Shown: in pieces, positions 1-8,028 of the stretch
Layout: the number at the start of each line of letters is the position of its first letter
Numbering within the stretch: position 1 is the first letter of the stretch
Assembly (NCBI GenBank): GCA_029259155.1
Contig: JAPDJI010000043.1
Coordinates: 1-26,741, forward strand
From: Candidatus Methanomethylicia archaeon
Lineage (GTDB): Archaea; Thermoproteota; Methanomethylicia; Nezhaarchaeales; B40-G2
DNA: 26,741 nucleotides
Direction: 5' to 3'
The notes under the pieces: model-generated
Database searches by the model: none
Seen by the model: only the letters and a program-made list of their open reading frames with translations
Told to the model about the DNA's origin: nothing
Position numbers and translations under genes: made by a program

Positions 1-120
1 TCCAAGCTAGACCACACCCCTGAGGAAAACCTGGCCATTCAAGATTACTTTGACTCCATAAAGGTCTACGCCCAAGCCTTAAGAGAGCTGGAATCACTCC
101 ACCGACGCGTCGACCAATAA
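1..120 (+). CDS. lysK: 3' end of M20-family [LysW]-lysine/[LysW]-ornithine hydrolase (partial, begins upstream of window)
   Basis: Frame 1 reads SKLDHTPEENLAIQDYFDSIKVYAQALRELESLHRRVDQ* (TAA 118-120). (S)xLDHTPxE matches the C-terminal metal-His motif of LysK (GPGDSxLDHTPxE). lysW/lysX lie 4 kb away. Not in the ORF track. Confidence 0.75.
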   Translation, partial: SKLDHTPEENLAIQDYFDSIKVYAQALRELESLHRRVDQ

Positions 121-265
121 ACTGGAAAGATCAAGCCTCAAGTTTCCGCCTGTCTATCCTCCTTTCCATGACACTTTGAAGAGATACAGTTGGGAAATAA
201 CATTAGCCTCGTAAACCCAGCTAGGTTTTTAAACATTGATTCCCTATTAAGCACTCGACCGGGCT

Positions 266-397
266 ATGAGTAGCTTTAAGCTAAGGTATGGTAGATGGGT
301 ACTTAAAGACAAGGCTTTTAGGGAGCCCTACTTAACTATTGGCCGATGGATTTTAAGGGCCGAAGAACATGGTTGTACACGTAAAACTAAGGGTTAA
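266..397 (+). CDS. Putative 43-aa microprotein with an internal GRW repeat
   Basis: ATG 266 to TAA 397: MSSFKLRYGRWVLKDKAFREPYLTIGRWILRAEEHGCTRKTKG. TTTTTAAA about 35 nt upstream. Overlaps the next gene by 29 nt. Confidence 0.35.
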   Translation: MSSFKLRYGRWVLKDKAFREPYLTIGRWILRAEEHGCTRKTKG

Positions 398-782
398 GCC
401 TAGAGGAGGAGCTCCTAAGGAGCTTATGGTACTCGTTAATGGAGGAGCTCATAGCCCTGAGCCTGTGTTAGTGGTTGATGAAGGGATTGCAAGGGAATTT
501 GGATATACTTCAGGCGAGGAGGTTGAAGCCTCAATCGCTGACTCGACGAGGAAGGTTCAACTTGTAAGAGAAGCCCTTGAGCTAACCCTCCTGGACGACG
601 AGGGGGGTGAGCTTTCAAGCATCAAAGCACACTTAGTAATCCATCCAGGGCTGGAGGAGCCCTTAATAACAGATGTAACGATCGATGAATTAGGGATAAC
701 CGTGGTAAGCTTTAGTAAAGGGTTATGGAGGCACTTAAAAGACCCTCCTAGCATGGTTAGGAGGAGTGCTAAGGCGACTTAA
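369..782 (+). CDS. Retropepsin-like (clan AA aspartic protease fold) archaeal hypothetical protein; catalytic Asp replaced by Asn
   Basis: LVNGGA occupies the position of the LxDTGA motif. The SIAD flap and PLITDVTIDELGI resemble the C-terminal motif of small archaeal clan-AA protease-like proteins. Confidence 0.6.
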   Translation: MVVHVKLRVKPRGGAPKELMVLVNGGAHSPEPVLVVDEGIAREFGYTSGEEVEASIADSTRKVQLVREALELTLLDDEGGELSSIKAHLVIHPGLEEPLITDVTIDELGITVVSFSKGLWRHLKDPPSMVRRSAKAT

Positions 783-849
783 ACCTCAAGGTTAACGTTA
801 AGCTAGCTTAAACCTACCCCTAAAATGCATATCGTCAAGAGGATACGAC

Positions 850-1020
850 CTATAAAGCCTCCTCCACGCTCAACCTTCCCTTAAGCACAGCCTCCTTCCA
901 GAACGCGTTGCCCAGCTCGTAGCGCGCTAGCTCCACGGTCAACCCATCGCTTAGAGGAGTCAACCTCCCCCTCCACATAAGGGCGTAGATCGAGCTCGCG
1001 TCGAAGGTATACACCTTCAC
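850..1020 (-). pseudogene. vapC: Truncated VapC/PIN-domain toxin (56 aa, N-terminal half only)
   Basis: GTG overlaps the antitoxin TGA (GTGA at 1017-1020). Translation MKVYTFDASSIYALMWRGRLTPLSDGLTVELARYELGNAFWKEAVLKGRLSVEEAL* has the PIN motifs hhDASS and YELGNAxWK. It stops at TAG 850-852 with no recognisable continuation. Confidence 0.8.
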
Positions 1021-1247
1021 TTAGCCTCCCTATCCTCCCTTATAAGCGAGGCAACCTCCCCAGGGCCCAGCTTAGCCAACACCTCCCTCAATCCTTCAAC
1101 CCTCCTCTCCAGATCCCTAAGCTCAGCTTCACGCACAGCCCTTTCAAGAGCCGCCCTCACCACCTCACCCACCTTAACACCATACCTCTCAAGCTTATCC
1201 CTCAGCTCGCGTGGAACCTTCACCGACAAGGTAACGAGGCCACCCAT
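1017..1247 (-). CDS. vapB: VapB-like antitoxin, ribbon-helix-helix (CopG/CcdA-like)
   Basis: 76 aa. N-terminal TLSVKVPRELRDKL beta-helix and C-terminal IREDRE are typical of archaeal VapB. Coupled to a downstream PIN gene; AGGTGG RBS and TTTAAATA box upstream. Confidence 0.8.
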   Translation of the reverse strand: MGGLVTLSVKVPRELRDKLERYGVKVGEVVRAALERAVREAELRDLERRVEGLREVLAKLGPGEVASLIREDREAK

Positions 1248-1723
1248 AAGACCACCTATAAGTAGTATTTAAACGTCGCCTCAAGACCACCTAGAGCGTC
1301 ACACCTAGACAAGGCGTGGCCACGCAAGGGTTAAGACGCTGAAGCTTAACGATGTAAAGAGGCCCCTTAACCACCTTAAGCAGCGGCGGAACTCTACGCA
1401 GCCCTTTAGGAGGAGGAAAATGAAGAGCGTACAGAACCCCTCCTAAGCCGCTTTAGCTTCAATGGACTTACTCCTTACCGAGCGCCCCCGCAGAGTTCAA
1501 TGAAAGCTTGCATGCATCCCATGGAAGGTAAAATTATTTAGCGAATAAAGTGATCCACGCGGCTTTAATTGTGAGACGATAAGAGTTACATGCTGAGCAA
1601 CCTCTTTCAGTACTTGTCCATAGTTCATGAAGTCGAGAAGCTAATTAGCGTTTTAAAGCGGGATGTGTGTGGGGCGAAGGACTTTTAATCTATGTTTGGA
1701 AGACTATTGCTCGGGGCTCTTCC

Positions 1724-1831
1724 TTGTCACTAGCTCCTACCTACAGCTTAGTTAAGCCGTATCTACTCTTCACAGTTACGCCAGTGCACGCTGGAATTGG
1801 TAGAGGGATTGAGGAGCACCTTGAGCTATAG
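1724..1831 (+). pseudogene. cmr4: Probable N-terminal remnant of type III-B CRISPR RAMP protein Cmr4
   Basis: TTG 1724 to TAG 1831: MSLAPTYSLVKPYLLFTVTPVHAGIGRGIEEHLEL*. TPVHAGxG followed by H(V/L)(D/E)L resembles the Cmr4 N-terminal motif (TPhHhGxG...vDLPiqR). It breaks off where LP would follow. Confidence 0.55.
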
Positions 1832-2099
1832 GAGCCCAAGCTAATCGAGCTTCTCCAGATCCTCGAGAGGCTTCTTGAAGGAGTTGATGGACAGGTTACC
1901 GCGATACCTGTCTGTGGGAGGGATTTGGGCAGGGTTTTGGTGGTTGGCGAGCGGCTTAGAGAAGACACGGTTTTCTAGCTTAATTGCCTTGAAGGCGCTT
2001 GGCCTCCTAGTCTACGTTTTCTCCATTATCTTAGGCCTAGGATTTGAGAGGCCGTTAAAGCAACCTCTATATAGGAGAGCTTGCTGACCCTCAACCGTA

Positions 2100-2792
2100 A
2101 TGGTTCTAGAGGAAGCTGCGGGCTACATTTACGGGTTGATGTTAAGCTATGGATATGTTGGAGCTTTTATCTCTGCTTTCCTCTCTCACCTCGTACCGTT
2201 CATAGCGCTACCATACCTAGCGGTGGTTTGGCTCCTCGTGACTACTGTGCCTCAGCTAAACCCTGCTTTGATAGGCTTGTTGAGCGGTTTAGGAGCAGGG
2301 ATGGGTAAGGTCTCCTCCTACTACATAGGGGTGGGTGGGGCTAGGGTTGTAGGTGAAGCTAGGCGTAGGGAGCTTGAGGCTTTAAGGGGTCTTCTTAAAG
2401 ACTACGCTGCTTTGGCCGCTTTCCTCGCAGCTGCCACGCCCATCCCTGACGACGTGGTGCTCATCACAGTAGGGATGATAAAGTACCCGCTCTGGAAGTT
2501 CCTCGTATCAACGGTGCTGGGGAAGATACTGCTGTGCTCAGCGGTGGCTTTAACAGCCTCTAAGTTTACCGAGATACTTGGATGGTTGGTGGGGGCTGAG
2601 GGAGGGTTAACTGGGACTTTCATCTCGGTGGCCACCATGCTGGTTTTCACCTTCTTCGTGCTTAAGATAAACTGGTCATTTATAGCTGAGGTGGTTGGCA
2701 GGGAGGGTTGGAGGGGGTTGGTGGCTAAGGTTAGGCGTGAAGGTCTAGGCACTATATTTCTAAGTAGAAAAAGCCGTAAAAGCCAAGCTTAA
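2100..2792 (+). CDS. DedA/YqaA (VTT/SNARE-associated domain) membrane protein
   Basis: Hydrophobic 230 aa. GAGMGKVSSYYIG, AATPIPDD and GMIKYPLWKFLVSTVLGK are VTT-domain signatures. Confidence 0.85.
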   Translation: MVLEEAAGYIYGLMLSYGYVGAFISAFLSHLVPFIALPYLAVVWLLVTTVPQLNPALIGLLSGLGAGMGKVSSYYIGVGGARVVGEARRRELEALRGLLKDYAALAAFLAAATPIPDDVVLITVGMIKYPLWKFLVSTVLGKILLCSAVALTASKFTEILGWLVGAEGGLTGTFISVATMLVFTFFVLKINWSFIAEVVGREGWRGLVAKVRREGLGTIFLSRKSRKSQA

Positions 2793-2811
2793 AGGAACGC
2801 TTCAATAAGGC

Positions 2812-2863
2812 AGCTCCCACTCCTCGACTGGATTGGAGGCTTCTTCCAATACAGGAGGTGGCT
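2812..2863. repeat. Imperfect inverted repeat (hairpin) between convergent genes
   Basis: Core ATTGGA (2832-2837)/TCCAAT (2845-2850), extended with bulges by CTG/CAG and CCACTCCT/AGGAGGTGG. Confidence 0.4.
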
Positions 2864-2911
2864 AAAGATTCTAGCTAAGGTTAAATGTAGGGGTTAGTGG
2901 AGGCGGCATCG

Positions 2912-3847
2912 TTAAGCTTGACTGTTCTTTAACCACCTCGTAATTCTGTAGTAAGACTCCCTGAATGAGGCGGCTAGGTCTAAGACCTCATCCACGTCCT
3001 TTAACCTCAACTCGGCTATTCGCTCAAAGTTCCACCCCATGCATTTTACCGCTGAAAGGATGGATGCAGCGGTGGTGGCTTTATGTAGATCGTTGGTCTT
3101 GGCGTATGCTGTTAGGAAGGCTCCGCACCACACATCCCCAGCTCCAGTGACGTCTACAGGCTTCTTCACTAAGGCTGAGAGGGCGGGTGTGAGCTGCGCT
3201 TTATCCCCCTCTTTGATCAAGGCTCCCACCTCGCCCAGCGTAACGACCAGGGTTTTAGCCTTAACCTTCCTCATAGCCAAGGTGATCGCTTCTATCCCTG
3301 TGAGTAAGCGTAGCTCTTGGTCGCTAACTATGGTTACGTCAGCCTCCTCAGCAGCCTTTAAGAAGAGGCCTCTGTTCCTAGCGTTGTTTTCGAGGTAGTG
3401 CGTGCAGGTGTTAATGGATACCTTTAGCGATGAGGCTTTCTCCTTCAACCCTTTAACTATCTTTAAAACCTTCGGAGGGTTCATGGGCGCCACGTGTAGG
3501 AGGCTGCTTTTCAACACGTGGGGTTTAACCACGTCCGCGACTGTTATCTTGGCTCCTGCGCCTATCTCCACTTTCCTGTAGTGGGCTTTCCAGGCTTCAT
3601 CGTACTCTATCTCAAACCTTGTTGAGGGGAGGTTTACGAGCTTAATGCCTTGCGAAGGGAAGTTGCTGTAGAGGATTTCCTTGTAGGGGTAGTCGTAGCC
3701 TATCGCTGTGATGAGGAGGGGGCTGGCCCCTAAGGCCTTAGCTGCCATGGAAGCATACAGGGCGGCTCCTCCAGGCTGGGTTCGTTCTCCTTGCTGGGTT
3801 CTTACGTTATCTATGGATACGTGGCCTACAAACACCGCCTTAACCAT
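2912..3847 (-). CDS. PfkB/ribokinase-family kinase
   Basis: N-terminal GHVSID and PGGAALY, VTLGEVGA, and the signature VDVTGAGDVWCGAF. Confidence 0.9.
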   Translation of the reverse strand: MVKAVFVGHVSIDNVRTQQGERTQPGGAALYASMAAKALGASPLLITAIGYDYPYKEILYSNFPSQGIKLVNLPSTRFEIEYDEAWKAHYRKVEIGAGAKITVADVVKPHVLKSSLLHVAPMNPPKVLKIVKGLKEKASSLKVSINTCTHYLENNARNRGLFLKAAEEADVTIVSDQELRLLTGIEAITLAMRKVKAKTLVVTLGEVGALIKEGDKAQLTPALSALVKKPVDVTGAGDVWCGAFLTAYAKTNDLHKATTAASILSAVKCMGWNFERIAELRLKDVDEVLDLAASFRESYYRITRWLKNSQA

Positions 3848-3959
3848 TACCCGCTAACCGTCTCTCTCCATGCTGAGGAACGAGAAAAGCCTTCCGTCTA
3901 AGCGTTAATCCTTATATACAGGGATTGTTGCCGTTGATAAAGGGTCGGAGGTTTACGAA

Positions 3960-4130
3960 ATGAAGGTTAAGTGTCCTGAATGCGAAAAGGAAATTGATGT
4001 TGGGGACGACGTCCTTCCAGGCGAGATTGTTAGCTGCCCTGACTGTGGCCAGGAATATGAGGTTGAGGTAGCTGAAGGGAAGATCACGTTGAGGTATGCT
4101 GAGCGGTTGAAAGAGGATTGGGGAGAGTAG
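3960..4130 (+). CDS. lysW: Amino-group carrier protein LysW (56 aa)
   Basis: Missed by the ORF track. MKVKCPECEKEIDVGDDVLPGEIVSCPDCGQEYEVEVAEGKITLRYAERLKEDWGE* has two CPxC zinc knuckles and the diagnostic C-terminal EDWGE. GGAGG RBS at 3947-3951, CTTATATA at 3911-3918. Confidence 0.97.
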   Translation: MKVKCPECEKEIDVGDDVLPGEIVSCPDCGQEYEVEVAEGKITLRYAERLKEDWGE

Positions 4131-4146
4131 CGGCGGGATCTAACTG

Positions 4147-5004
4147 ATGAAGATCTGTATCTTCTACGACAGGGTTAGAGCCGAGGAGAAAGCCCTTTAC
4201 GATGCTATCGTCAAGGCGGGCGCGGAGCCCTTAGTGTTCGACTCTAAGGACTTCTACGTCTCTATTGGCCAAGGAGAAGTGATGGATCCTTTAAAGGGCG
4301 TGGACGTCTTCATTCAAAGGTGTGTTAGCCACTATAGGGCTCTCCACACGTCCATGGTTCTGGAGCATAAAGGCTTCCACGTCGTAAACTCCTATAGGTG
4401 CCTCGACGCGTGCGGCAATAAGTTGTTGACGAGCATCCTTCTAAGTGAGGCTAAAGTGCCTACACCTAGGACCTATGTGGCTTTCACCAAGGAGGCTGCC
4501 CTTAAAGCTCTAGAAGAGGTAGGGTACCCTGCTGTGCTTAAACCGGTGCTTGGTAGCTGGGGGAGGTTGCTGTCGCTTGTTAAGGATCCCCGCTCAGCCG
4601 AAGCGGTGATAGAGCACCGTGAACACTTACCTCCCATATACCAGGTTTACTATGTGCAAGAATACGTTAAGAGGCCTCCTAGGGATATCAGGAGCTTCGT
4701 GGTGGACGGGGAGGTTATAGCTGCTATCTATAGGTACTCGGCGCCTCACGAATGGAGGACCAATACAGCTCTAGGGGGGAGAGCTGAGAAGTGCAAGGTG
4801 ACACCTGAGCTAGAGGAGCTGAGCGTTAAGGCTGCTAAGGCTGTTGGAGGCTTCTTCTTGGGCGTGGACTTAATGGAGAGCCCTGACGGGCTGCTGGTGC
4901 ATGAAGTGAACGCTGTCGTTGAGTTTAGGAATAGTGTACCTGTTACTGGAGTTGATATTCCTGGTATAGCTGTGAAGCGCATAGTTGAAGTTTTCAAAAG
5001 GTAG
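4147..5004 (+). CDS. lysX: LysX/ArgX ATP-grasp ligase (alpha-aminoadipate/glutamate--LysW ligase)
   Basis: RimK-family motifs QRCVSH, KPVLGSWGRL, YVQEYV, RDIR, WRTNTALGG and HEVN; directly downstream of lysW. Confidence 0.93.
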   Translation: MKICIFYDRVRAEEKALYDAIVKAGAEPLVFDSKDFYVSIGQGEVMDPLKGVDVFIQRCVSHYRALHTSMVLEHKGFHVVNSYRCLDACGNKLLTSILLSEAKVPTPRTYVAFTKEAALKALEEVGYPAVLKPVLGSWGRLLSLVKDPRSAEAVIEHREHLPPIYQVYYVQEYVKRPPRDIRSFVVDGEVIAAIYRYSAPHEWRTNTALGGRAEKCKVTPELEELSVKAAKAVGGFFLGVDLMESPDGLLVHEVNAVVEFRNSVPVTGVDIPGIAVKRIVEVFKR

Positions 5005-5063
5005 AGCCTACATGTAAAGGCTAAGATTAGTGGCTCGCTCATCTTGCCTCTCGGTGTAGAGAC

Positions 5064-6344
5064 ATGGAGCCTGCGCAGTTAGCGGCGCTGATTATCTTCA
5101 TAGGCACGGTCATAGTGGTGATAAGCGGAGTTATGGATAGGGCGCTCGCTGCTATGCTTGGAGTGGTCTTCATGGTGCTGCTCGGGGTGATGGAGCCTTC
5201 AGACGTGGTGCGCTTCGTGGACTGGAACATATTGGCGTTGCTAGTAGGTATATGGCTCATCGCAGGGTACTTCACTGACTCAGGGGTGCCTGAGCACTTG
5301 GCGATGAGGATGCTTCAACGTTCTAAGGGGGACTTAGCGAAGCTGATGATTATGATGGCCACCTTCGCCGCCCTCATATCCATGTTCGTGGATAACGTGG
5401 TGGTGGTGTTGATGACAGCCCCCATGATCCTCTCCCTGTGCCGCTCCCTCAAGGTGAACCCTTCGCCTTTCGTCCTCTTCACGGCTTTAAGCGCAAACTT
5501 CTCTGGCACGGCTCTTCTTATCGGTGACCTGCCTCCCATGATGCTGGCTAGCGTTGCTGGGATCGGGTTTATGGACTTCTTCGTTAATCAAGGTAGGCTT
5601 TCAGCCTTCCCTATTTTGATGTCCACTTTGACCTTGTTGATGGTGTTGTACTGGTTATACTTCAAGAAACGTTTTCGTTTTAGCCACGTCCACTCTGACT
5701 TCTCCTCTGTAAAGCTGGGGTTGAAGGATAGTAGGCTAGCCAAGCTTTCATCTCTTTTTTTCGCTGGGACTGTGGTTGCCTTGGCTATGCACGAGGTCTT
5801 GAACCTTCCTTTAGGTTTGATAGGTATGTGTGGTGCCATAGCTCTAGCCCTCGCGGTTCGCCGAGACTTCGACAAGCAGCTGTCTGGGATAGATTGGAGG
5901 GCGGTATTCTTCTACGCTTCTCTATTTGCGTTGGTGGGTGGGCTTGAGAAGGTGGGCGTTATTGAGATGCTAGCTCACGGCATATCCTCCTTCATGGGCA
6001 CCTCTACTTTGACGAACGTGTCGGTGATATATTGGACCAGCGCTGGGCTGGTGTCGGTTGTGGAGCATGATGCGTATATTCTGGTCATGCTCCACGTCAT
6101 TAAAGACCTCTCGGCGCTACATGGAATAACCCCTTACCCTCTTTGGTGGAGCTTGGTCTTGGCTGGGACCTTGGGGAGCAACTTCACTATGATGGGGGCT
6201 CCTGCCCTCCTGGTGGCCCTGAACATCTGTGAGAAGGAGGGTTACAGGGTGAGTCCTAGAGAGTTCTTTAAGATGACGGTGCCCTACTCAGCTTTATCGC
6301 TTATCATATGTTTCTTCATCACCCTAGCTGCCTGGACCCTCTAG
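5064..6344 (+). CDS. ArsB/NhaD (SLC13-like) anion/carboxylate permease
   Basis: 426-aa multi-pass protein with VDWNILALL, SMFVDNV, ANFSGTALLIGDLP and GTLGSNFTMMGAPA ion-transporter superfamily motifs. Confidence 0.85.
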   Translation: MEPAQLAALIIFIGTVIVVISGVMDRALAAMLGVVFMVLLGVMEPSDVVRFVDWNILALLVGIWLIAGYFTDSGVPEHLAMRMLQRSKGDLAKLMIMMATFAALISMFVDNVVVVLMTAPMILSLCRSLKVNPSPFVLFTALSANFSGTALLIGDLPPMMLASVAGIGFMDFFVNQGRLSAFPILMSTLTLLMVLYWLYFKKRFRFSHVHSDFSSVKLGLKDSRLAKLSSLFFAGTVVALAMHEVLNLPLGLIGMCGAIALALAVRRDFDKQLSGIDWRAVFFYASLFALVGGLEKVGVIEMLAHGISSFMGTSTLTNVSVIYWTSAGLVSVVEHDAYILVMLHVIKDLSALHGITPYPLWWSLVLAGTLGSNFTMMGAPALLVALNICEKEGYRVSPREFFKMTVPYSALSLIICFFITLAAWTL

Positions 6345-6382
6345 AAGAGTAGGGTTTTAAGTCTCCACGCCTTGAGTGAGGT

Positions 6383-7069
6383 GTGAGGCCTATAGTCATA
6401 GCTCATAGAGGAGCCTCTGCCTATCGGCCTGAAAACACGGTTGAAGCTATTTTGAAGGCGGTGGAGCTTGGAGCTAACGCGGTGGAAGTGGACGTTAGAC
6501 GCAGTAGGGATGGGGAGCTTGTGGTTATCCACGACGAATCCCTGCGGAGGGTAGCTGGGTTAAACGTCAAGGTATCTGAGCTGAGCTATGAGCAGCTTAG
6601 AAAGGTTAGGTTGAAGGAGGGTGGCTGGATACCGACTCTCCCCGAGGTGATAGAGATTACTAGGGGTAAGGCTGCCTTAGTGGTGGAGGCCAAGGAGGAA
6701 GGTTTTGAACATGAACTGGTAGGTCTTCTTCAAGGGCTCGAAGGGGTTACGGTGACCTCCTTCATCCACCGCTCGGTCAAGAAGGTAAAGGAGCTAGCTA
6801 AGCAACTGGAGACCGGGGTTATCTATACCTGTCTGCCGGTGAAGGTTGTAGACCTCGCGTTGGACGCTGAGGCAGACGCGATTTTTCCTAGGAGGGATTT
6901 CACAACGGTGGAGGTTGTTGAGGAGGCTCATAGACATGGGTTGAAGGTTTACCCTTGGACTGTAGACGATGTCGACGAGGCTGTATGCTTAGCGAAGCTA
7001 GGGGTGGACGGCTTAGTTACCAATAGGCCGGACGTTGTACTTGAAGCTTTGAGGAGGGCTGGTTTATGA
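6383..7069 (+). CDS. Glycerophosphodiester phosphodiesterase (GDPD family)
   Basis: IAHRGAS, PENT, VEVDV, VVIHD, WTVDD and GLVTNRP motifs; GTG start with GAGG. Confidence 0.93.
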   Translation: MRPIVIAHRGASAYRPENTVEAILKAVELGANAVEVDVRRSRDGELVVIHDESLRRVAGLNVKVSELSYEQLRKVRLKEGGWIPTLPEVIEITRGKAALVVEAKEEGFEHELVGLLQGLEGVTVTSFIHRSVKKVKELAKQLETGVIYTCLPVKVVDLALDAEADAIFPRRDFTTVEVVEEAHRHGLKVYPWTVDDVDEAVCLAKLGVDGLVTNRPDVVLEALRRAGL

Positions 7070-7701
7070 GGCTGGAGGAGGAGAAGAGGAGGCTCAGGGA
7101 GATCATTTGGTCTGAGATGATGCGTAGAGGCGTGGCCCTACCTCCACTGCCTTGTCGAGGTAGGATCCCTAACTTCGTGGGGGCTGATGTTGCGGCCAGA
7201 AACCTCAGGCAGATAAGAGAATACTTGGAGGCTAAGGTTGTACTGGTTAACCCTGACTCTCCTCAGCTTCATGTTAGGAGGATGGCTCTTCTAGACGGTA
7301 AGACCGTGGTCATGCCGACCCCTAGGCTTAGACAAGGCTTCCTAGTCCTTGTTCCGGGTAGGATTGGTGGAACGGTGGATGAGGCCTGTACGATTAAAGG
7401 GGCCTTTAAGCATGGCTTGCGCGTAAAGGAGATGCCTGAGGTGGATTTTATCGTGGAGGGGAGTGTTGCTGTGGATTTAGAAGGCAATAGGCTCGGTAAG
7501 GGCGGAGGCTACGGCGACGTGGAGATAGAGATGGCTAAGTCTAGGAGGCCTGACGTAAAGGTGGCGACTACTGTCCACTCGATCCAGGTGGTTGAGCGTG
7601 TACCGGCTGGTGAGAAGGATTTCAAGGTAGACTACATAGCTACTGAGAAGGAGCTTCTTGTGGCGGCTTCTTCATCTACTCGTAGAGCTCATCCAGCTTA
7701 G
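7066..7701 (+). CDS. 5-formyltetrahydrofolate cyclo-ligase family protein (archaeal/MTHFSD-like paralog subgroup)
   Basis: GRIPNFVGA, NPDSPQ, MPTPRL, GSVAVD and RLGKGGGYGD motifs. ATGA overlap with the GDPD gene. Confidence 0.88.
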   Translation: MRLEEEKRRLREIIWSEMMRRGVALPPLPCRGRIPNFVGADVAARNLRQIREYLEAKVVLVNPDSPQLHVRRMALLDGKTVVMPTPRLRQGFLVLVPGRIGGTVDEACTIKGAFKHGLRVKEMPEVDFIVEGSVAVDLEGNRLGKGGGYGDVEIEMAKSRRPDVKVATTVHSIQVVERVPAGEKDFKVDYIATEKELLVAASSSTRRAHPA

Positions 7702-7963
7702 CGTCTCCTTTAGGCCTAGTGTATAGAGCGTATAGGGTTTCAGGCTCTGCTTTTAAGCAGGCTCTACATGTTTCATCGACGTCCTCAGGATTAATCGGCT
7801 CAAGGTGAACTTCGAAGCCCAGCGACCTATAAAGATCCTCAGCTTCTCTTAACCTAGCTCCGCTCGTGGCAAACCGGTAAGTCCAGCCTTTCTCTCTTAG
7901 CTCAGCGTCTCTTCGAGGTTTAAGCTTGCAGGTCCCTTCTTCCCTCGCCATGTAATGCTCCAT
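7676..7963 (-). CDS. Small uncharacterised CxxC protein downstream of the benzoyl-CoA reductase cluster
   Basis: 95 aa (alternative start ATG 7951 with GGAG RBS). GWTYRF...RLREAEDLYRSLGFEVHLEP...CRAC...LYTRP. Co-oriented with bzdV; TTTTATAG box at 7983-7990 on the minus strand. Confidence 0.75.
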   Translation of the reverse strand: MEHYMAREEGTCKLKPRRDAELREKGWTYRFATSGARLREAEDLYRSLGFEVHLEPINPEDVDETCRACLKAEPETLYALYTRPKGDAKLDELYE

Positions 7964-7996
7964 ATCAATGATGACTGGGGGTCTATAAAACTTTTG

Positions 7997-8011
7997 TTTT
8001 TTTAAAAAAAA
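7997..8011. terminator. T7/A8 tract; oligo-U terminator after bzdV (minus strand), potentially bidirectional
   Basis: TTTTTTTAAAAAAAA 17 nt past the bzdV stop. Archaeal intrinsic terminators are oligo-U tracts. Confidence 0.6.
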
Positions 8012-8028
8012 GTTTGTTAGGAGGAGGG

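Noticed and set aside
789-815. Overlapping palindromes TTAACGTTAA and TTAAGCTAGCTTAA
   Set aside because: Built from this genome's frequent TTAA/AGCT/CTAG words; no functional context.
1248-1720. Possible CRISPR array or leader near the cmr4 remnant
   Set aside because: No regularly spaced 24-40 bp repeats; only one 11-bp duplication.
1829-1831. In-frame TAG followed by a continued open frame (pyrrolysine or read-through?)
   Set aside because: No pyl context, and the downstream peptide does not continue the Cmr4 pattern; a deletion junction is more parsimonious.
1875-2087. 70-aa hydrophobic ORF (and the 1741-1968 minus ORF)
   Set aside because: No RBS or motif support; lies in a decayed region better explained by pseudogene fragments. 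Cannot be fully excluded.
2781-2923. Both convergent genes end in SQA* (AG(C/T)CAAGCTTAA inverted pair), suggesting element termini
   Set aside because: AAGCTT/TTAA words are very common here and there is no target-site duplication; probably chance.
7968-7975. ATGATGA C-box-like motif (C/D sRNA?)
   Set aside because: No D box (CTGA) at suitable spacing; it lies in the promoter/leader of the small gene.
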